Of a DNA stretch of 29,793 nucleotides, positions 8,894 through 17,825 are shown piece by piece (within the stretch, counting starts at the first letter, position 1; the number at the start of each line of letters is the position of its first letter). Made by a program: the position numbers and the translations under genes. The notes beneath the pieces are model-generated. The model ran no database searches, had not been told where the DNA came from, and saw nothing but the letters and a program-made list of their open reading frames with translations. Source of the DNA: a virus (lineage: Duplodnaviria; Caudoviricetes). The stretch lies in IMG/VR virus record IMGVR_UViG_3300032312_000744, positions 1 through 29,793 of that record. One strand, 5' to 3'.

Positions 8894-9877
8894 ATGACAG
8901 TTAGAACACCGCCCAGTTGGTTGCAAAACGGCTCTCACCCTGCTGAAAACGATCGCCTCACAACTCAGGCACTTTGGGCCACCACAGGTATCATCAACAG
9001 CGCTTCTTTACTTGTCACGCAAAACACTCCTCCTGGTCTTTCTGTTGTTGTTGCTTCAGGATGGGCCGCAATTGTTGGAACCACGCAAGCCAACATGGGA
9101 ACTTATGTAACTTACAACGATGCAAGCGCGGTTCTTTCTTTAAACACCGCGAACCCAACCAACCCAAGAATTGACCTTGTTTGCGCAACTGTAAATGACG
9201 CGTACTACACAGGATCGCTCAACAATGTTGTGCTTCAGGTCGTTGCGGGAACCCCTGCGGGATCGCCTGTTGCCCCAGCGCTTCCAGCCAACTCGATCTC
9301 ATTGGCAACCGTGGCTGTTGGTGCGGGCGCAACGGCAATCACAAACGCAAACATTACCGACACGCGTGTTCTTGTAACTACAAACATTCCTGAGTCGGGC
9401 GACATCAGCGCAGTCAACGCAGGAACAGGTCTTTCAGGCGGAGGCTCTAGCGGATCTGTAACTTTGGCCATCGACACCGCCGTAACTGCGGATTTAACAA
9501 CTGCGCAAACACTTACAAATAAAACTTTAACCACCCCTACATTAACTTCACCATTAATCAATGTTGGTATCAACGCGCAAACTGGAACTTCCTACACCAC
9601 AGTCTTGGCCGACAACGGCAAACTTGTAACACAAACCAATGCCAGCGCAATCACCACAACGATTGCACCATTTGCAAGCGTGGCTTATCCCGTAGGCGCA
9701 CAAATAAACTTTACTCAATTGGGCGCAGGGCAAGTGACGATTCAGGGCGGAGCAGGAGTGACGGTGGTTTCAACTGGGGCCACAGCCGCAACCCCAAAGA
9801 CTCGCGTTCAATATTCAACGGCTACCGCTATTTGTATCAGCCAAAATAACTGGCTAGTGTTGGGTGACATTGCATGA
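8894..9877 (+). CDS. Minor tail / fibre protein
   Basis: NPRIDLV baseplate-type N-domain, AGTGLSGGG and QTLTNKTLT stalk motifs, C-terminal beta domain. Confidence 0.7.
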   Translation: MTVRTPPSWLQNGSHPAENDRLTTQALWATTGIINSASLLVTQNTPPGLSVVVASGWAAIVGTTQANMGTYVTYNDASAVLSLNTANPTNPRIDLVCATVNDAYYTGSLNNVVLQVVAGTPAGSPVAPALPANSISLATVAVGAGATAITNANITDTRVLVTTNIPESGDISAVNAGTGLSGGGSSGSVTLAIDTAVTADLTTAQTLTNKTLTTPTLTSPLINVGINAQTGTSYTTVLADNGKLVTQTNASAITTTIAPFASVAYPVGAQINFTQLGAGQVTIQGGAGVTVVSTGATAATPKTRVQYSTATAICISQNNWLVLGDIA

Positions 9878-10128
9878 GCCGTCTAGCCTTAACGCCTACA
9901 AATGTTCCTGCCTCGGAAACAGACATTTCTACACCAACTCTTAGGGCTGGAGATTTGTATTACAATACAACTGAAGGATTAAAAGTTTACACAGGATCAG
10001 CCTGGGCCGCTATCGGGACACCACCGCTTACCGAAGTAGATGCAGGTGTGTTTGATAGTATTGCCCCTTATAATGGTGGCGATCCAACAACGACTTCAAC
10101 GCAGACCGTAAACGGAGGAACTCCCTGA
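9874..10128 (+). CDS. Small fibre adaptor protein
   Basis: GDLYYNTTEGLKVYTGSAW fibre-type motif; NGG repeats at the C-terminus. Confidence 0.6.
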   Translation: MSRLALTPTNVPASETDISTPTLRAGDLYYNTTEGLKVYTGSAWAAIGTPPLTEVDAGVFDSIAPYNGGDPTTTSTQTVNGGTP

Positions 10129-10760
10129 TGGCAGTTGTAACACAAATCCAAGTACGCAGGGGAACTGCATCTCAATGGACTTCTACTAATCCAACGCTCG
10201 CCGCAGGTGAGTGGGGTTATGAAACAGACACTAACAAAGTCAAAATTGGCACAGGATCAACGGCCTGGAACTCTTTAGGCTACCAAGGCGCAGGTGATAT
10301 TGAAGGTGTAACCGCTGGAACTGGTCTTAGCGGCGGAGGAACAAGCGGAACAGTTACAGTTTCAATTAATACCGCTGTCACGGCCGATCTAACTACAGCG
10401 CAAACATTAACTAATAAAACCTTAACTGATCCAAAAATTAATCTTGCTTTTGATGCAGAGACCGCTTCCTACACGGCAGTTCTTGCTAACAACGGTCAAG
10501 TAGTCACGATGGACAATGCATCGGCTAACACATTTTCTATTCCAACCAATGCTTCCGTGGCTTTCCCAATTGGCACACAAATAAATGTGCTACAAATTGG
10601 CGCAGGGCAAACCACAATCCAAGCCGTCACAAGCGGAACTACTACGATCCAATCAACCGGCGCCACCGCCGCTGCACCTAAATTGAGAGTGCGTTATAGC
10701 GCAGCCACTTGCCTCAAAGCAGGAACTGATCTTTGGTATGTGTTTGGAGACATTTCATAA
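10128..10760 (+). CDS. Fibre protein with Mtd-like (hyaluronidase-like) N-terminal domain
   Basis: QIQVRRGTASQWTSTNPTLAAGEWGYETDTNKVKIG; stalk and C-domain paralogous to 8894..9877. Confidence 0.78.
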   Translation: MAVVTQIQVRRGTASQWTSTNPTLAAGEWGYETDTNKVKIGTGSTAWNSLGYQGAGDIEGVTAGTGLSGGGTSGTVTVSINTAVTADLTTAQTLTNKTLTDPKINLAFDAETASYTAVLANNGQVVTMDNASANTFSIPTNASVAFPIGTQINVLQIGAGQTTIQAVTSGTTTIQSTGATAAAPKLRVRYSAATCLKAGTDLWYVFGDIS

Positions 10761-12484
10761 TGCCTATTATTGGAATTCTTGACTCTGCAAAAACTGGAAA
10801 TTTAGGGCTAGTTGTTGATTATCTTGTTGTTGCTGGTGGTGGCGGTGGTGCAGGTCGTGGTTCTCGCGGTGGTGGTGGTGGTGGCGCTGGCGGATTGCGC
10901 TCTACTGTAACGGCGACAGGCGGTGGTGGAACTTTAGAATCTCCGCTTACTCTCAATCTTAATACTTCTTATGCGGTAATTATTGGCGCAGGTGGTCCCG
11001 GTCAATTTGGCGGATCAAACGGCAGCGACTCTATTTTCGCTACAATAACTTCTACTGGTGGCGGTGGCGGTGGATACTCTGGTGGCGGATCTAACGGCGG
11101 TTCTGGTGGTGGTGGCTACGGTGATCTTAGTACGCCGCAGGCTGGCGGCACAGGTACAACCAACCAAGGTCGTGCAGGCGGTAGCGGATTTAATTTTGGT
11201 GCTGGCGGTGGCGGTGGTGCTGGTTTTGCTGGAAATGCTGGAAATAGTAACGGTGGTAATGGCGGTGCTGGTGTAGCGGTATCAATCACTGGTTCTTCTG
11301 TAAATTATAGTGGCGGTGGCGGTGGCGGAAGTTACAATACTGGTGGCTCTGGTGGTGCTGGTGGCGGTGGTAATGGTGGCGGTCAATTAACTACTGGCGG
11401 TCAAGGACAACCGGGTACTTCAAACACGGGCGGAGGCGGTGGTGGTGGTTCTCTTGCTGCTGACGGCGGTGGAAGTAGTGGTGGTTCAGGAATCGTTATT
11501 GCTCGCTATGCTGGAACTACGCAAAGAGCGTACGGTGGAACTGTAACCACTTCGGGCGGAAATACAATTCACACATTTTTAACTTCGGGCAGTTTTTATA
11601 CAGAGGGCGCAGTCGGAAATCCTAAAGCAACAGGTGGCTTGATTTATGTAGATGCAAATTATTGGTATCACTCATTTATTTCTTCTGGTACTTTCACACC
11701 ATCACAAAATCTAACAAATGTCGAATACATCGTGGTCGCTGGCGGTGGAGGTGGCGGTAATAACGCTGGTTCTGGCGGTGGCGCAGGTGGTTACCGCTCT
11801 TCAGTAGTTGGCGAAATGTCCGGTGGTGGTGCTTCTGCTGAAAGTCGTTTGTCTATGAATAGCGGTGTTAATTTTACGGTCACTGTGGGTGCTGGTGGAG
11901 CGGGATCTTCTATTGATAATGGAGGTCGTTTCAGAGGTGCGCAAGGCGCTTCTAGTAGTTTGTCCGGAACGGGTATAACCACAGTATCTACTTCTGGTGG
12001 CGGAAATGGAACATCGGGTGGTTTCCCTGTTCCTGCTGACGGCGGTAATGGAGGATCGGGCGGTACGGGTGGCGGAGCGACTGCCTATGGTGGCGGAGAC
12101 TCTTCTGGTACAGGCGGTTCAGGCACCGCGGGAGAAGGTTTCGGTGGCGGTAGTGCTTCTGCTAGCGGTCTCGCACTTGCTACCGGTGGCGGTGGTGGAG
12201 CGGGTGCTGCTGGCCAAAGTAGATCTGCAAATGACTCAAATCCAAATTATTACGCAGGTAATGGTGGTATTGGCGTAGCGAGTATTATGGCGTCAAGAAC
12301 AGGAACGGGAAAAGACGGATATTATGCTGGAGGTGGTATTGCTTTTGATACTGCCGGAACTGCTACTGCCGGTTTGGGTGGTGGTGGAACGGCAGGAGTG
12401 AATGGTTGGCTCAATAGCGGTGGTGGTGGCGGAGAAGCAGTAAATGGCGGTTCAGGTGTAATCGTAATTCGTTACGCAAGATAA
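10760..12484 (+). CDS. Glycine-rich putative adhesin / receptor-binding protein with two tandem Gly-rich domains
   Basis: ATG at 10760 by TAATG coupling. Two copies of Y(L/I)VVAGGGGG...GGSG(I/V)(V/I)(I/V)..RY. Confidence 0.75.
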   Translation: MPIIGILDSAKTGNLGLVVDYLVVAGGGGGAGRGSRGGGGGGAGGLRSTVTATGGGGTLESPLTLNLNTSYAVIIGAGGPGQFGGSNGSDSIFATITSTGGGGGGYSGGGSNGGSGGGGYGDLSTPQAGGTGTTNQGRAGGSGFNFGAGGGGGAGFAGNAGNSNGGNGGAGVAVSITGSSVNYSGGGGGGSYNTGGSGGAGGGGNGGGQLTTGGQGQPGTSNTGGGGGGGSLAADGGGSSGGSGIVIARYAGTTQRAYGGTVTTSGGNTIHTFLTSGSFYTEGAVGNPKATGGLIYVDANYWYHSFISSGTFTPSQNLTNVEYIVVAGGGGGGNNAGSGGGAGGYRSSVVGEMSGGGASAESRLSMNSGVNFTVTVGAGGAGSSIDNGGRFRGAQGASSSLSGTGITTVSTSGGGNGTSGGFPVPADGGNGGSGGTGGGATAYGGGDSSGTGGSGTAGEGFGGGSASASGLALATGGGGGAGAAGQSRSANDSNPNYYAGNGGIGVASIMASRTGTGKDGYYAGGGIAFDTAGTATAGLGGGGTAGVNGWLNSGGGGGEAVNGGSGVIVIRYAR

Positions 12485-12496
12485 AGGAGAAGGCTA

Positions 12497-12676
12497 ATGA
12501 AAAAAGAAAAGATCACGCAATGTTATAGTTACGAAGTAGTCATGTTGGTTCACATTATTGCTGATGATGAGACAATTGCTAAATCACAACTAGATGAAAA
12601 AGGTGGCATAGTGACAAAACGAGAAGTTAAATTACTTAATGCCGTTACGCTTTATGGTGAAAAGGAGAAAGAATAA
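12497..12676 (+). CDS. Hypothetical 59-aa protein (MKKEKITQCYSYEVVMLVHII...), below the ORF-track cut-off
   Basis: RBS AAAGGAG; fills the gap exactly and its stop overlaps the next ATG. Confidence 0.7.
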   Translation: MKKEKITQCYSYEVVMLVHIIADDETIAKSQLDEKGGIVTKREVKLLNAVTLYGEKEKE

Positions 12677-13020
12677 TGGCTCATTTTGCAGAAGTAATTG
12701 ACGGAGTTGTAGCACGCGTTATTGTTGCCGAAGATAAAGAATGGTGTGAGAAAAATCTTGGCGGTACTTGGGTTCAAACTTCGTACAATACTTATGGAGG
12801 AGAACATAAACTAGGCGGAGAACCATTGCATAAAAATTATGCCGGCGTTGGTATGTTATTTGACGGCGTAGGATTTCACTCTCCTCGACCATATCTCTCT
12901 TGGACATTGGATGAAGATACTTATTTGTGGAAAGCGCCAGTACCTCAGCCAACAGACGGCAAGTTATACTCTTGGAATGAAGAAGATCAAGAATGGGTAG
13001 AATTCCCTGTAAGTGAGTAA
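12676..13020 (+). CDS. Hypothetical protein, probable partner or chaperone of the Gly-rich fibre
   Basis: MAHFAE...WVQTSYN...KNYAG...W.APVP.P motif set; RBS AAGGAG; Trp-rich C-terminus reminiscent of tail-fibre assembly proteins. Confidence 0.6.
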   Translation: MAHFAEVIDGVVARVIVAEDKEWCEKNLGGTWVQTSYNTYGGEHKLGGEPLHKNYAGVGMLFDGVGFHSPRPYLSWTLDEDTYLWKAPVPQPTDGKLYSWNEEDQEWVEFPVSE

Positions 13021-13026
13021 GGCATC

Positions 13027-14142
13027 ATGCCAACTACCACTTACCGGTACCTCTTTGTAGACCTTCCGACCAACACAATCATCGCCGAGTTGCCTTTAAC
13101 AGGGGTGGCTTTCACACAGCAGTTAAACCAGGCTGGAACTTTTACAGGCCATCTTTTACTTTCAGGTGTTGATGCAGCCGCCTTTAACATCGATGCCTCC
13201 ACGATTCCTGGCAAGTGCGGCATTTATGTCGACCGCAACGGTGTGCTTGTTTGGGGCGGAGTTATTTGGGGCCGAACCTATAACAGCACAGAGCAAAACC
13301 TGACCTTTACAGCCCGCGAGTGGATTTCATATTTTGAACGCCGCCGCATTACGCAAACGGTGGACTTCTCAAACATCGACCAGTTGGTGATTGCCAAGAC
13401 TTTGATTGAGGATGCCCAAGACGCTCCTTATGGTGACATTGGAATTCTTTACAACACCGCAGGGCAAACTACCTCAGGCGTTTTAATTGATCGCGTTTAC
13501 TATAACTACGAACTTAAAACTGTTTTTAATGCTGTCCAAGATTTATCGCGTCAAGATGATGGATTTGATTTTGACATTTACATTGAATATGACAATGTGA
13601 CTGGCCTTCCAACTAAGGCTTTTAACACTTACTTTCCAAGAAGCGGAACTCCTTACAGCGCCAATAATTCCCAGGCTCTTGTCTTTCAGTTCCCTGCGGG
13701 CAATGTTGTTGAATATGAGTATCCCGAGGATGGATCAATCGCTGCAAACACAATATACGCTTTAGGCGCTGGTTCTAATGAAGGTAAGTTAATTTCAACT
13801 GCGCAAAACGCAGCCTTCCTCACGGATGGTTGGGCGCTGCTTGAGGATCAAGCCAACTACTCCGACATTACCGACCAAACGGTGCTGAATGAGTTGGCAA
13901 CAGCCCAAGTGATTGCCGTGTCTTATCCACCAACAACTCTCAAAATAGTTGTGCCACCGTTTGTTATTCCCGAGTTTGGTTCCTATAAAGTAGGCGATGA
14001 CGCTCGTATCTTGATTCAAGACAATCGCTTCCCCGAAGGATTGGATGAGATTTATCGCATCGTAGGTGTTTCTGTGCAGCCTGGTGAGGATGGACCTGAA
14101 CGCGCTACGCTTACATTGACCCAGGGTTCAGGAGAAGCGTAA
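13027..14142 (+). CDS. Baseplate hub / Tal-like minor tail protein
   Basis: LNQAGTFT, VDRNGVLVWGGVIW and YKVGDD motifs typical of actinophage gp37-like minor tail proteins. Confidence 0.75.
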   Translation: MPTTTYRYLFVDLPTNTIIAELPLTGVAFTQQLNQAGTFTGHLLLSGVDAAAFNIDASTIPGKCGIYVDRNGVLVWGGVIWGRTYNSTEQNLTFTAREWISYFERRRITQTVDFSNIDQLVIAKTLIEDAQDAPYGDIGILYNTAGQTTSGVLIDRVYYNYELKTVFNAVQDLSRQDDGFDFDIYIEYDNVTGLPTKAFNTYFPRSGTPYSANNSQALVFQFPAGNVVEYEYPEDGSIAANTIYALGAGSNEGKLISTAQNAAFLTDGWALLEDQANYSDITDQTVLNELATAQVIAVSYPPTTLKIVVPPFVIPEFGSYKVGDDARILIQDNRFPEGLDEIYRIVGVSVQPGEDGPERATLTLTQGSGEA

Positions 14143-14756
14143 TGGCATACATAAATCAACCCCCAGCCTTGCAGCAGATGTTTGCCGATCTTGACAGCCG
14201 ACTTCGCAAATTGGAAACTGCGGTGCGTTTTACCGCGCCCGATGTTTCAAATGAGCCGACCTATCCAAGAACTGGCGACATCATCTTTGATAACACGCCC
14301 GATCAAATGAAGTATTGGAACGGAACCGAGTGGGTTGTCTTTGCTGATGATTATCTTGGCGTTCCTAAAATTGCTTTTACATCCACCTGGACAGGCACAG
14401 GACTGGCTTACACAGGCACGCCAGCCACAGGGTTTTATTCCAGGGTTGGCAAGATGGTTTTCTTTACGATCAGGGTCAACTGCACAACCGTGACAAACTT
14501 TGGGACAGGTAATTATTCGCTCACTTTACCCACAGGTTTGCAGCCCAACATAAACAATCTAGTAACTGGCGGTTTGCACCATGTCGCAAGCGGAGATCAT
14601 TATCTGCTTTACATGGATTTTGATGCCGCTAACTTGACCGCCGAACTTTACTATCCTCAGTCAAATGGCACGATGGCGCGTATGGATCACAACAGTCCGC
14701 ACACATTACAGACAGCCGATTTCTTTTATTTTACAGGCATGTATTTCTTAGCATAA
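14142..14756 (+). CDS. Minor tail protein
   Basis: N-terminal coiled coil (LDSRLRKLE); YSRVGKMVF and YSLTLP receptor-binding-head-like motifs. Confidence 0.65.
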   Translation: MAYINQPPALQQMFADLDSRLRKLETAVRFTAPDVSNEPTYPRTGDIIFDNTPDQMKYWNGTEWVVFADDYLGVPKIAFTSTWTGTGLAYTGTPATGFYSRVGKMVFFTIRVNCTTVTNFGTGNYSLTLPTGLQPNINNLVTGGLHHVASGDHYLLYMDFDAANLTAELYYPQSNGTMARMDHNSPHTLQTADFFYFTGMYFLA

Positions 14757-14770
14757 GTTATCATTACAAC

Positions 14771-14989
14771 ATGACACCTAATGAATGGCTTGGCATTTGC
14801 GTTGCCGTCTCAACCCTTTTGGGCTCTTTGGCAATTGCGGTGCGCTTCTTAGTGAAGCACTATCTATCCGAGTTGAAACCTAACGGCGGGGCAAGCCTTC
14901 GGGATGAGCAAAACAGACAAGGCGAAACAATCAAACGGCTGGAGAACCGCGTAGATGAAATTTATCGCTTGTTGGTTAATCGCGCTTAG
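14771..14989 (+). CDS. Single-TM membrane protein with coiled coil (lysis cassette)
   Basis: N-terminal TM helix, ELKPNGGASLRD motif; no Shine-Dalgarno, TATCAT 6 nt upstream. Confidence 0.7.
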   Translation: MTPNEWLGICVAVSTLLGSLAIAVRFLVKHYLSELKPNGGASLRDEQNRQGETIKRLENRVDEIYRLLVNRA

Positions 14990-15137
14990 CCTGACAAGTT
15001 GCGGGTATCAAGGCTACACGCGTTATCCTTGCCAGGAATATGAGAACTGGGCTAAAGCGGAATGCAACCCGCCGCAATGCGAAGCGGTCGGACAATGCAC
15101 TAAGGACCTACTACCGAATGTGGACACAAATGAGTAG
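14955..15137 (+). CDS. Small Cys-rich predicted lipoprotein
   Basis: Signal peptide with lipobox LTS-C16; four further Cys in the mature part. Confidence 0.6.
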   Translation: MKFIACWLIALSLTSCGYQGYTRYPCQEYENWAKAECNPPQCEAVGQCTKDLLPNVDTNE

Positions 15138-15414
15138 AAAACGACTCACACCCGAGGAACTGCACGCTCGCCTAATAGTTACTATTGGGATTCTACTTGC
15201 GTTGGTATTTGCAGGATCGGTCTTTGCCATGCTTTACGCTCTGGTATTTGTGACCCAACCCATGTCGCAAGCCCCAAACGATGCCGCTTTCATTGATCTT
15301 GTCTCGACACTTTGCGTCTTTCTGACTGGCACGCTTTCAGGCATCCTGAGTGCAAATGGGTTAAAATCTAAACCAAAGCCGAAGGAGGGTGAAGTCGATG
15401 AGCCAACGCGATGA
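15130..15414 (+). CDS. Two-TM membrane protein (holin-like)
   Basis: Start probably at MSRKRLT (15130); two hydrophobic helices and a charged C-tail. Confidence 0.65.
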   Translation: MSRKRLTPEELHARLIVTIGILLALVFAGSVFAMLYALVFVTQPMSQAPNDAAFIDLVSTLCVFLTGTLSGILSANGLKSKPKPKEGEVDEPTR

Positions 15415-15913
15415 GTTAGTGGCGGTTGCACTTAAAGAAGTGGGAACGATCGAAGGACCAAAAGATAACGAAACTAAGTATGGCGCATTCACAAAGGCTA
15501 ACTTTCTGCCCTGGTGCGGATCGTTTGTAATGTGGTGCGCAAACCAAGTCGCGCTCAAGATCCCGAACTGCGTATCAACTCAAGCGGGGGCCAAGGCATT
15601 CTTGGATAAAGGTCAATGGCAAGCAGCCGAGGAAGCGACACCGCTACCTGGCGACATCGTTTTCTTTGACTTTCCAGGAGATGGGATTGACCGCATTTCC
15701 CATGTGGGCATCGTTGTTAAAGACAACGGCAACGGAACAATCACCTGTGTTGAGGGCAATACCAGTCCCGACAAGAAGGGCAACCAAAGAAACGGTGGCG
15801 AATGCTGCCTAAAGGTTCGCGCTTACAAGAAAAAGAACGGAAGCAAGTTAGTCAAATCGCAGCCTGTAGCAATTGTGGGCTTCGGTAAACCAAAGTTCAA
15901 GGAGACCAAATGA
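15398..15913 (+). CDS. Endolysin, CHAP-domain peptidase/amidase
   Basis: PWCGSFV (catalytic Cys), PGDIVFF, SHVGIV (His), EGNT. Confidence 0.9.
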   Translation: MSQRDELVAVALKEVGTIEGPKDNETKYGAFTKANFLPWCGSFVMWCANQVALKIPNCVSTQAGAKAFLDKGQWQAAEEATPLPGDIVFFDFPGDGIDRISHVGIVVKDNGNGTITCVEGNTSPDKKGNQRNGGECCLKVRAYKKKNGSKLVKSQPVAIVGFGKPKFKETK

Positions 15914-16152
15914 ACGCAAAGTTAAAAGCAGCACTTGAGTCATACGCACGATCCTTCGTGGTTGCGGCCATCGCCGTCTACTCAACAGGGGAAACCGATC
16001 TGAAAGCCATCTTGATTGCTGGCTTAGCCGCAGTTGCTGGCCCAGCGATCCGCGCTATCAATCCAAAGGACCCAGCGTTTGGCTTTATTGCCAACGCGGT
16101 TGATGTTGAGATCAAGGCGCTTGCTAAGAAGTCCAAAAAGAAAATCAAGTAA
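15910..16152 (+). CDS. Holin (r1t-like)
   Basis: Two short TM segments and a basic C-terminus, immediately after the endolysin; RBS AAGGAG. Confidence 0.7.
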   Translation: MNAKLKAALESYARSFVVAAIAVYSTGETDLKAILIAGLAAVAGPAIRAINPKDPAFGFIANAVDVEIKALAKKSKKKIK

Positions 16153-16164
16153 CCGCAGCGAATT

Positions 16165-16203
16165 GCACCCGACTTTCTCTCGAGGTCGGGTGCTTTCTCT
16201 TTC
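16165..16203 (+). terminator. Intrinsic terminator ending the late operon
   Basis: GCACCCGAC / GTCGGGTGC stem followed by TTTCTCTTT. Confidence 0.85.
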
Positions 16204-16241
16204 ATAACTGTTAAGGTACCCTTTAGGCTCGAGGAGGCATC

Positions 16242-16487
16242 ATGCTTAATGACAAATTCATTGAAATCTTGTCGAAGCGACAAATTCGGCGCGGCTCAGA
16301 ATATTGTGCGTATCAAGACTTGTATAACAAACTGAGCAAAGAGGATCAAAAGGCACTTGATAATGCGTGGGCAAAGAACTACCCGACAAATCTAATAGTC
16401 CAAGCCTTGCGTGCAGATGGACATAAGTGCAGTTCTGACACGATCCGACTTCATAGAAACGGCACTTGCAGATGTCCGAAGGAATAG
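16242..16487 (+). CDS. Hypothetical helical protein with C...HRxGxCxC metal-binding motif
   Basis: RBS GAGGAGG; HTH-like IVQALRADGHKCSSDTIRLHR segment. Confidence 0.7.
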   Translation: MLNDKFIEILSKRQIRRGSEYCAYQDLYNKLSKEDQKALDNAWAKNYPTNLIVQALRADGHKCSSDTIRLHRNGTCRCPKE

Positions 16488-16726
16488 ATGCGCTGTTAAA
16501 AGAACGCGGTCGAATGTATGGCCAGGCTGTTGATAACTTCACAGCCATTGGCCGAGGCTGGGGCGCAATTCTAAACATTGAGGATATTCCACCGTATCAA
16601 GTGGCTCTGATGATGGACTTCCTTAAAACGATCCGTTGCGCAATTAATCCAACACACGAGGATTCTTGGCAGGACAAAGCGGGCTATTCAGAACTAGGGA
16701 AACGGATTGCTCTTGATGAGTCTTAA
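16472..16726 (+). CDS. DUF6378-like small all-alpha protein
   Basis: ER...YG...NF..I...W...VALMM..LK..R...HEDSW.D.AGY pattern. Confidence 0.75.
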   Translation: MSEGIDALLKERGRMYGQAVDNFTAIGRGWGAILNIEDIPPYQVALMMDFLKTIRCAINPTHEDSWQDKAGYSELGKRIALDES

Positions 16727-17750
16727 AAATCAATTTGATGAGATGCCTGAGGGCGTTGAGTCCAACGATGTGAAAGAACTGCGCCAGGCGATGCTTCGCT
16801 TGCAGAAGCAACTGAAACAATCCAAAGAACGCAATGAAGACTTGGTATTTGCTACTCGCCAAGCAGCATACGATGCAATGCTTACCTTTGGAAAGATAAC
16901 GCCAGTTCCAACAGTTGCTATTGATAAACGCAAGGCCAAAGGTGAGGTGGCCCTGTGGCACATGACGGATTGGCAAGGCGCAAAACGCACCTCCAGTTAT
17001 AACTCACAGGTCATGCGCAGACGAGTGATGGAATTCGCCGAGAAAGCGGTAAGAATCACCGACATTCAACGCGCCGATCACCCTGTAAAAGAAGTAACCA
17101 TTGCCTTTGGTGGCGACATGGTTGAAGGCCTGTTTAACTTTCCAAGCCAAGCATTCGAGATCGACAGCACCTTGTTTGAGCAATATGTTAATGTTTCACG
17201 CCTTTGCGTTGATGTTGTTCGTTTTGCCCTGGCCAACTATGAAAAGGTAACGGTGGTTCCCGAGTGGGGAAATCACGGTCGCATTGGATCAAAGCGCGAC
17301 AATGTTCCACGGTCGGATAACTTTGACCGAATGTGCTACGAGTTGGCCCATCAATTACTGCAAGGCGAAAAGCGCCTGGTTTGGCAGGACTGCCCTGAGG
17401 ATATTCAACGCATCGAGATCGGTAACTACCGAGCGCTCTTAATTCACGGAGATGAAGTAGGCCGCAACGGATTTGCTTCCCCTGGTGCAATCGTTCAACA
17501 CGCAAATAAATGGCGTTCGGGTTCTTATCCCTGGGAGTTCCGTGATGTTTACATCGGTCACTATCACACGCACGCAGAGTGGTCTATGGCCAACGGACTC
17601 GGAGCGGTTTATCAAACAGGCTCAACGGAGTCCGACAATCGTTATGCAGGTGTGATGCTTGCAGCCAGCGCAACTCCATCGCAACGCCTTCACTTCATTG
17701 ATCCAGTAAAAGGTCGTGTTACAGCCGCTTACAAAGTTTGGCTAGATTGA
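16716..17750 (+). CDS. Calcineurin-like metallophosphoesterase with N-terminal coiled coil
   Basis: Motifs TDWQ, GGDMVEG, GNHG, IHGD, GHYH. Confidence 0.85.
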   Translation: MSLKNQFDEMPEGVESNDVKELRQAMLRLQKQLKQSKERNEDLVFATRQAAYDAMLTFGKITPVPTVAIDKRKAKGEVALWHMTDWQGAKRTSSYNSQVMRRRVMEFAEKAVRITDIQRADHPVKEVTIAFGGDMVEGLFNFPSQAFEIDSTLFEQYVNVSRLCVDVVRFALANYEKVTVVPEWGNHGRIGSKRDNVPRSDNFDRMCYELAHQLLQGEKRLVWQDCPEDIQRIEIGNYRALLIHGDEVGRNGFASPGAIVQHANKWRSGSYPWEFRDVYIGHYHTHAEWSMANGLGAVYQTGSTESDNRYAGVMLAASATPSQRLHFIDPVKGRVTAAYKVWLD

Positions 17751-17825
17751 GGCTTCGGCTGCATCCACAGCGTCATCAACAGAGTAAGAATGTTCCTTAG
17801 AACATTGTCCACATTCCTTGCACAT
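17742..17825 (-). CDS. 27-aa Cys-rich micro-protein (MCKECGQCSKEHSYSVDDAVDAAEASI)
   Basis: TGATG coupling to the upstream minus-strand gene; CxxCxxCxxxH. Confidence 0.5.
   Translation of the reverse strand: MCKECGQCSKEHSYSVDDAVDAAEASI

Noticed and set aside
10128-10760. Diversity-generating retroelement suggested by the Mtd-like domain
   Set aside because: Only the N-terminal structural domain is present. No reverse transcriptase and no TR/VR pair differing at adenines was seen; the similarity to 8894..9877 is protein-level paralogy.
10830-12460. GGT/GGC runs as microsatellite or repeat array
   Set aside because: Fully explained by poly-glycine coding.
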